From Nanobdellota archaeon (lineage in GTDB: Archaea; Nanobdellota; Nanobdellia; Pacearchaeales; GW2011-AR1), in assembly GCA_018817405.1 (NCBI GenBank), contig JAHITZ010000042.1, positions 1 to 63,048 of the forward strand: a stretch of 63,048 nucleotides of DNA, written 5' to 3'. This document shows positions 57,317 to 63,048 of this stretch, piece by piece. How positions within the stretch are numbered: the first letter of the stretch is position 1; every line of letters begins with the position of its first letter. The notes below the pieces were generated by a model. The model saw only the letters and a list, made by a program, of their open reading frames with translations. It was not told the DNA's origin and did not search any database. The position numbers and the translations under genes are program-made.

Positions 57317-57859
57317 TCAGATAAAATCACTCACTTTGTGCTTCCATTCTAAATAAGCAAGCCAGAAGAATAAGAGGACTGCCTCAAGAGAAGGGATAAA
57401 AAGTGTGTTCAATGGATTTGGCAACAAGTTTACAAAGTTAAAGGCGATGGAAAATGTTAAAATTGGGTATATCGGAAATATAGTTCCCGCTAATATTGCG
57501 TCTAAAACAAGATGAACAAAACTGCCAAAGGAAATCATGAGAAAGATTACATTTAGTTTTATTTTGTGTTTTCTTATTTGCCTAATTCTTAATTTTCTTG
57601 CCGGAAAATAAAGTATAAAGAATAATAGTGGAACGAAGATTGTGTGGGTAAAGGTTCTGTGGACTTCGCTTAGGGAAAACCCAAAGAAATACAAAATCCA
57701 GAAGACAATGATGTCAATGTCTGGAAGAAGTCCTGCGAGTCCGGCAATTAAAACGTAGTGCAGGGGGAAAGTTCCTTTTCCTTTTCTTGCCTCGTACCAG
57801 TCTTTAAACAGCGCCGCTATAACTAACGGAACAAGAATATGTAAAACAGCTTGCGGCAT
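57317..57859 (-). CDS. Membrane metal-dependent hydrolase (YdjM-like)
   Basis: N-terminal H, LLPDID, HRTFTH and HLVLD. Confidence 0.9.
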   Translation of the reverse strand: MPQAVLHILVPLVIAALFKDWYEARKGKGTFPLHYVLIAGLAGLLPDIDIIVFWILYFFGFSLSEVHRTFTHTIFVPLLFFILYFPARKLRIRQIRKHKIKLNVIFLMISFGSFVHLVLDAILAGTIFPIYPILTFSIAFNFVNLLPNPLNTLFIPSLEAVLLFFWLAYLEWKHKVSDFI

Positions 57860-57889
57860 TGTTGTGATAAGGGTGAAGAGTTTATAATT

Positions 57890-58780
57890 TTATTGGGTTT
57901 TGTATTTCTCTCCTTTTATTCCTGCTTTGAATTTACCAACCCAGCTAATCCAGCCTAAACGTGATTCATAGCTTCGATTAATTTTGAAATTTCCTGAGAG
58001 TATTGTTCTTCTCATAGTTCTGAATAGATTGTCTTCAGAACTAAAATCTAAATCATCTTTTTCAAATTCATTTGATGCAATTCCTGCACTTTGAATTCTG
58101 TGGGCATCTGAATTTGCTACAATTGGTTTATCATGTTGTTTAGCAAATCTCTCTGCTTTAGCATTAAATGCTCTTGTATATGGTCCTATTACTGGAAATT
58201 TTGAAAAGGCTCTTGACCACCTTAATTGTGCATTGTGTGCTTCTACAAAATCACATTTTTCTACTAACTGCTCTGCTCTTCCTAAACCAGCTCCGAAATG
58301 CTCTTCTACATCTGGATGTTCTAGCCCGTGTGTTAAGCCATTGTCATTACAGTACTGAAGAGTATCTTGAAAAACTCTTAAATTGGGAACAGAATTTGAG
58401 CCTACAACTAAATGGTCAAATATCTTACCAGATTCTTGAACAATTACTGTTTGGCCGTTTACTAAATACACTCTTTTCCCATGTCTCATCACAACTATTG
58501 AATCTTCTCCAAATGTGTCAGCATCGTATCCTCTTGGCAAACTTGCTAAATGATTTTCTGTTAAAAACCCTAACCTGTCATGAACTGTTCCTCTTAAAAT
58601 AACCCCTGTTTCGTCTACTTGGTCAGATTGACTTGTTACAGCACAAATTCCAATGTCTCTTTTGAAACATTGGTCTGCAATAAGTTGTAAAAGGTTTTTT
58701 TCTGCATAACCTTGAACTCTTAACCAATATGGCTCAAACCCAATTGGTCCGTGCATGTGCAGGTCTGCTTTTATTGTCAT
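57890..58780 (-). CDS. PHP-domain protein
   Basis: KADLHMH, EHP, VEAHNA and ANSDAH. Confidence 0.85.
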   Translation of the reverse strand: MTIKADLHMHGPIGFEPYWLRVQGYAEKNLLQLIADQCFKRDIGICAVTSQSDQVDETGVILRGTVHDRLGFLTENHLASLPRGYDADTFGEDSIVVMRHGKRVYLVNGQTVIVQESGKIFDHLVVGSNSVPNLRVFQDTLQYCNDNGLTHGLEHPDVEEHFGAGLGRAEQLVEKCDFVEAHNAQLRWSRAFSKFPVIGPYTRAFNAKAERFAKQHDKPIVANSDAHRIQSAGIASNEFEKDDLDFSSEDNLFRTMRRTILSGNFKINRSYESRLGWISWVGKFKAGIKGEKYKTQ

Positions 58781-58804
58781 GATAATTTGATTTTATCGGA
58801 TTTC

Positions 58805-59572
58805 TTAAATCTTTCTACGCAATATCCTTCCAGGTAAATTAAATACATCTCTTCCTAGTTTCCACATAATTTTTCTTCTGTGGTTTTGTCTAATTAATTT
58901 TGTAGGAATTTCGGAAGAGGGTTTGACATCTGATAGGGAGGTTGCTTCGGCAAGTCTGGATTTAAAACCCATGACGTAGCTGTCAATTTTGTCGTAATGA
59001 ACATAATGCGATGCTGCAGACACTATTCTGCCTTTTTCTAGACTGGATTCTGGAACAACTATTAATGACCCGAGCCCATAAGGTGGGAATGGGATAAATG
59101 CCCTGTCTCCGAAGTATCTGTACCCTAATTCAGAAGCAGCTTCTAAAGTGGATTGGTTGTACAAAGAGTTGGAAGGAGCAAAGAACACTGGAGAAATTCC
59201 GACAAGCCCTTCAATGATTACTCTACCTCTTTCCATTAACTCCTTTTGTTCTGCTTTTGTTGGAGGTTTATTCCAGGGATAAAGACAGGCATGTTCGTGC
59301 CAGCGGTCTGTGTACCGATGTCTGTGCTTGCAAGGTCCTCCAAGGGCGCCCTGTTGACCAATGAATGAACCTTCTCTGTCTCCGATTTATCTTACTAATT
59401 CCAGAAGTTCTGGCTGATATCCTTCTTGCCGGAGCTTTCCGTCGTAGACTGCGGAGAGAGTCAAGACTACTGGGGCGTTTGTTTCTAAAATTTGCCTTAG
59501 ATGGAATTCTACATCTTCGTCTCTGAACGATTCTGGTTTTGTGTGTTGGATGCGAATGTTAATTACTGGCAT
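58805..59572 (-). pseudogene. Polysaccharide deacetylase (DUF2334-like) gene with one in-frame TAA
   Basis: The two track ORFs share a frame (768 nt = 256 codons); single TAA at 59387-59389; IGQQG, WHE, FFAPSNSLY and YVH motifs. Confidence 0.75.
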
Positions 59573-59602
59573 GAAAATCTGGAGAAATACTTGTTTTTAA
59601 AA

Positions 59603-60469
59603 CTATCTAAAATTTTTTAGCGCCTCGAAAATAACTGGAGAAACGTCAATCCTCGCGTATTTGTTTGGAATTGTGTTTGTTGTTAGAAGACTTGCGTATT
59701 TTTTTATCCTCTTAGCAGCATTCTCAACAAGAACCCCGTGAACACCGATACAAGTTACTTTTTTTGCTCCGTGAGCTATTGCAATCTCGGCTGTTTCTTC
59801 CACAGTGTGGCCTGTTCCAATTATATCATCCACAATTATCACGTTTTTCCCAAGATTTTTTTCTTGTATATCAACCTTGCGCCAAGTATGTCTTTTCTTT
59901 TTCAAGATAATTGCTTTTTTTCCCAAGGGATATGCAACAGTTTGAGCCCATTGCTTGCTTTCTTTATCAGGTCCCACAATAGTAAATGGTTCTTTGAAGT
60001 TCTTTTTTATGTATTCTACTATTAAACCAGTTGCTGTTAGTTTCTGGAAATCTTTGTCTATCTGTTTTATGTTTTTGATTCTTTGCAGATGAGGGTCAAT
60101 TGTGTAAACTCTGTCAAAGATTTTTAAAAGAGGAGCGGTGTGTTTTATTGAAAAGCTATCGTAGTTTTCAAAGTGCGTATCCTGCCTTAAGTAAGGAAAG
60201 TATGGCGCAACAAGAATTATCTTTTTTGCTTTGTAGTCTTTAGCTATGCCTGCGGCAAGAATTGTTTCAATTAATCTGTTGTTCTGGTCGCGTGCAAAGG
60301 AATTAAATATTACAACTGTTTGGTTTTTTGGGTTTTTTGAGAATTTGACATATGACTCCCCGTCTGGAAAATCTTTTGTAATTACTTCTGAATATTGAGC
60401 TTTTAGTTTTTTTGCTACTTTTTTTGCTAAAGTTCTAGTTGTTGGGAATGTTGCAATTAAAATACTCAT
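59603..60469 (-). CDS. prs: Ribose-phosphate pyrophosphokinase
   Basis: FPDGESYV, PYFPYLRQD, GPD and IIVDDIIGTGHT. Confidence 0.95.
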   Translation of the reverse strand: MSILIATFPTTRTLAKKVAKKLKAQYSEVITKDFPDGESYVKFSKNPKNQTVVIFNSFARDQNNRLIETILAAGIAKDYKAKKIILVAPYFPYLRQDTHFENYDSFSIKHTAPLLKIFDRVYTIDPHLQRIKNIKQIDKDFQKLTATGLIVEYIKKNFKEPFTIVGPDKESKQWAQTVAYPLGKKAIILKKKRHTWRKVDIQEKNLGKNVIIVDDIIGTGHTVEETAEIAIAHGAKKVTCIGVHGVLVENAAKRIKKYASLLTTNTIPNKYARIDVSPVIFEALKNFR

Positions 60470-61101
60470 TTTTTTACAAGGGCATTTAGTCTTTTATAAG
60501 TTTCTTTTGGGTTTTTAGAGTCAGCTATGTAAGAGCCAGAGTTTATGTAGTTTACCTTGAGTTTTGCAAGGCGCTTAATTACTTCTGGGGTTGCTCCTCC
60601 ATCAACTTGGATTTTTATAGTTTTGTTTTTTTTACGGAGAAATCTGATTTTTTCGTAAATCTGGTGAATGAAATCTTGGCGTTCTTTTCCTGGCTGAACT
60701 CCGAGAAAGAGAATGCCATCAAGTTGTTTGAGATAAGGAATGACATTATTTACTGCAACATTTGGATTAATTGCTAAAAAAACTTTCATGTGAAGAGATT
60801 TTATTTTTTTAATTAATGAATTAATATTTTGGGTTGAGTTATGGTGGAAGATTATCTTTTTGAAGCCTTTTTTCTTTAATTTTTTTATTTGTAGTTGAGG
60901 ATTTGATATCATTAGATGGGCTTCGAAGTTGTTTGAGTATTTTTTTAAATCAGGAATTTGAGAGGGTTGGAGAGATTTTGCCTTGACAAATTTTCCGTCC
61001 ATAAAATCAATTTGGAGGTTTTTTGAGACTGGCAAGAGTTTTTTAAATCGCTCTGTGAATTCTTTTTTGTTGTGGGCGAAGATTGTTGGGATTATTTTCA
61101 T
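60466..61101 (-). CDS. rpe: Ribulose-phosphate 3-epimerase
   Basis: IDFMDGKFV, EAHLMI, LGVQPG, IQVDGG and SGSYI. Confidence 0.93.
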   Translation of the reverse strand: MKIIPTIFAHNKKEFTERFKKLLPVSKNLQIDFMDGKFVKAKSLQPSQIPDLKKYSNNFEAHLMISNPQLQIKKLKKKGFKKIIFHHNSTQNINSLIKKIKSLHMKVFLAINPNVAVNNVIPYLKQLDGILFLGVQPGKERQDFIHQIYEKIRFLRKKNKTIKIQVDGGATPEVIKRLAKLKVNYINSGSYIADSKNPKETYKRLNALVKK

Positions 61102-61550
61102 TTTTCATAATCCCATATCTTTTTGATTCTGTGATTGTGACGGTCTTCTTCAGAAAACCTTGTGTTGAGCCAGGTGGAAAGAATTTTTTTTGTTCTGCGG
61201 AAAGGAAAATTTTTAGCTCTCAAACATAAGACATTTGAATCATTATGTGACTTTGAGAATTTTGCAGAGTATTTGTCGTAAGCTGCGACTGCTCTGATGC
61301 CCTTAACTTTGTTTGCGGCGATTACCATTCCTATACCAGAGCCGCAGACTAAAATCCCTTTGTAGTTTTTGTTTCGTGCTACTCTGCTCGCAACTTTGAA
61401 TGCATAGTCTGGATAGTCATCATTTGCAATATACTCCTTTGGACCTAAATCATGGTAAGAAATTTTCTTTCTGTCTAAGAATTTTTTTATGTTTTGTTTA
61501 ACTTTAAACCCTGCGTGGTCTGATGCTAAGAAAATAGTCTCTTTTTTCAT
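61098..61550 (-). CDS. rpiB: Ribose-5-phosphate isomerase B
   Basis: ASDHAG, DYPD, CGSGIGMVIAANKVKGIRA and HNDSNVL. Confidence 0.96.
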   Translation of the reverse strand: MKKETIFLASDHAGFKVKQNIKKFLDRKKISYHDLGPKEYIANDDYPDYAFKVASRVARNKNYKGILVCGSGIGMVIAANKVKGIRAVAAYDKYSAKFSKSHNDSNVLCLRAKNFPFRRTKKILSTWLNTRFSEEDRHNHRIKKIWDYEK

Positions 61551-61627
61551 GAATGGATAAAGAAGAAGGGATTTTTAATAGTTTTGCAAACCAAATATTT
61601 TAAAAACCCTCATTCTAATCTATCACA

Positions 61628-62386
61628 ATGCCAAAAACAAAAAAAGAAGAAAAAGAAACAAAGAAAACCACTAAAGAAAAAACTCCGAAAAAAACAAAGT
61701 TAGAGGGGCTAAAAGAAAAAGCAGAAAAATTAGCCAAGGCAATAGAAACAAAAGAAATAGACATTAAAAAACAAGTTAAAGAAAAAGAAGGTCTTGTTCC
61801 AATTGAAGATTATCTCAAAAGTTCTATTCACCTGGGAACAAGAGCAATAACTCCGGACATGCGCCCGTATGTCTATAAAAGAAGGGCAGACAGTCTTGCT
61901 GTCTTTAACACAGCGCTTTTAGACGAAAAAATAAAACAAGGTGCAGAATACCTTGCAGAATATCCCCCAAGTGAAATCATTGTTGTTTGCAAGAGAGAAG
62001 CAGGAGCAAAAGCTGTTGAATTATTTTCTGAAACAACAGGCATAAAGGCATTTATCAAAAAATATCCGGCAGGAATTATAACAAACCCGAACCTATCTGA
62101 CTTCTTAGAAACAGAACTTCTGGTTATCTGCGACCCTTGGATAGACAAAGCAGCATTAGCAGACGCAAAACGAATAAAAATTCCAGTCATGGCGATTTGC
62201 GACACAAACAACTACACAATGAATGTTGATAAAGTAATACCTGGAAACAATAAATCAGCTAAATCACTGGGGATGATATTTTATCTTCTTACAAAACTCT
62301 ATGTTGAAAAAAGAAAGCTCGATGTAAAAGTCCCTCCAATCAGCCAATGGATAGATAACTGGGATAATTTGGTTCCGCCTAAGTAA
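61628..62386 (+). CDS. rps2: 30S ribosomal protein S2 (uS2) with a Lys/Glu-rich N-terminal extension
   Basis: YLKSSIHLGT, YVYKRRAD, IPVMAICDTNN and IPGNNK. Confidence 0.96.
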   Translation: MPKTKKEEKETKKTTKEKTPKKTKLEGLKEKAEKLAKAIETKEIDIKKQVKEKEGLVPIEDYLKSSIHLGTRAITPDMRPYVYKRRADSLAVFNTALLDEKIKQGAEYLAEYPPSEIIVVCKREAGAKAVELFSETTGIKAFIKKYPAGIITNPNLSDFLETELLVICDPWIDKAALADAKRIKIPVMAICDTNNYTMNVDKVIPGNNKSAKSLGMIFYLLTKLYVEKRKLDVKVPPISQWIDNWDNLVPPK

Positions 62387-62427
62387 ATCACAATAATCTT
62401 TAAAATCAGAAGCATAATTCTTGGTGA

Positions 62428-62817
62428 ATGAGTCGGTTTAATAAATTCTGGAAAAAATTCGAGATAATTTGGAGAAGACACTGGTACGAATTTTATATCC
62501 CTCTTTTAGTTACAATAGGTTTATCGATAGCGAGTTTATCAATCAGCTACTTTTTATTCTTTATGTTAATAATCTTCTTTTCAGAGATCATTGTTTCAAG
62601 CTTTATTAATAAAGAGGCCTACACAATCATCTTGTTGAGATTGGCTAAAGCAGATTTAATATTTTTATTTGTAATATATGCAAATTTAATATTTGGTTTT
62701 TCAATCGGCCCAATATCAAAATCTTTAATTCTATTACTTATTGCAATTATTGCCTCATTATTTTGGAGCATTGTGCATTATTCTTTCAAACCGAAACTTA
62801 AGGATGCCTCTTTTTAA
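62428..62817 (+). CDS. Hypothetical multi-pass membrane protein
   Basis: 129-aa ORF with about 4 hydrophobic segments. Confidence 0.6.
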   Translation: MSRFNKFWKKFEIIWRRHWYEFYIPLLVTIGLSIASLSISYFLFFMLIIFFSEIIVSSFINKEAYTIILLRLAKADLIFLFVIYANLIFGFSIGPISKSLILLLIAIIASLFWSIVHYSFKPKLKDASF

Positions 62818-62837
62818 CAGGGATAGCACAGTACAAC

Positions 62838-63048
62838 ATGGATGTTCAGATTAGTAAAGTATAAGAAGGAAATTTAATTATGAAAAGTATGGATCTGAAG
62901 GAGAAAGGAAGAAGGACACATCAAATTTGCCTATGGCTATGAAGTAGATGACAAAGAAGTAAGTTTAAACGATTTGGCTATGCTTAATTCCTTCCTTGAC
63001 AAGCTCAAGAAACAAGCAGAGAACGATTTTGAAGAGAGATTAGACAAA
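62838..63048 (+). pseudogene. Possible degraded gene running off the window end
   Basis: MDVQISKV*EGN... then IKFAYGYEVDDKEVSLNDLAMLNSFLDKLKKQA in another frame. Confidence 0.3.

Noticed and set aside
188-59572. Stop-codon reassignment suggested by in-frame stops
   Set aside because: The three interrupted genes use three different stops (TAG, TGA, TAA), and all three codons terminate intact core genes; pseudogenisation is the simpler explanation
1001-62481. Many short antisense ORFs opposite long genes (e.g. 1747..2067, 3826..4116, 22726..23112, 44824..45270)
   Set aside because: Reverse-frame shadows of well-supported genes, with biased F/S/L/I composition

Overview
AT-rich archaeal chromosome segment, most likely DPANN (Pacearchaeota-like, judged from a pacearchaeosortase-type gene, a DPANN-type S-layer protein and a KKAQ pilin cluster). 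The core genes are the spt5-rpl11-rpl1-rpl10-rpl12 cluster, tRNA-Ser(UGA), AMP phosphorylase, rpoP/prefoldin beta/SepF, Pop5, RNase J, prefoldin alpha, a copper-resistance operon, transketolase, an amino-sugar/glycosyltransferase cluster, a MacB-type ABC operon, prs-rpe-rpiB and rps2. The most notable feature is an intact 4.94-kb cargo transposon (10269-15212). It has 24-bp TIRs and a 9-bp TSD, and carries an IS1/IS6-like DDE transposase, a DUF2080 gene, an RHH regulator with three 22-bp-phased operators, an MvaI/BcnI-type R-M pair, and an unknown 313-aa protein. That protein's leader is complementary to an adjacent hairpin RNA. Also seen: a 3-copy dispersed structured repeat, two IS200/IS605-like mini-elements, a 170-nt multibranch RNA candidate after RNase J, a 75-nt in-frame palindromic insert in transketolase, and many orphan or decaying genes inserted into conserved operons. 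All product calls come from motif recognition by eye; no database searches were run.
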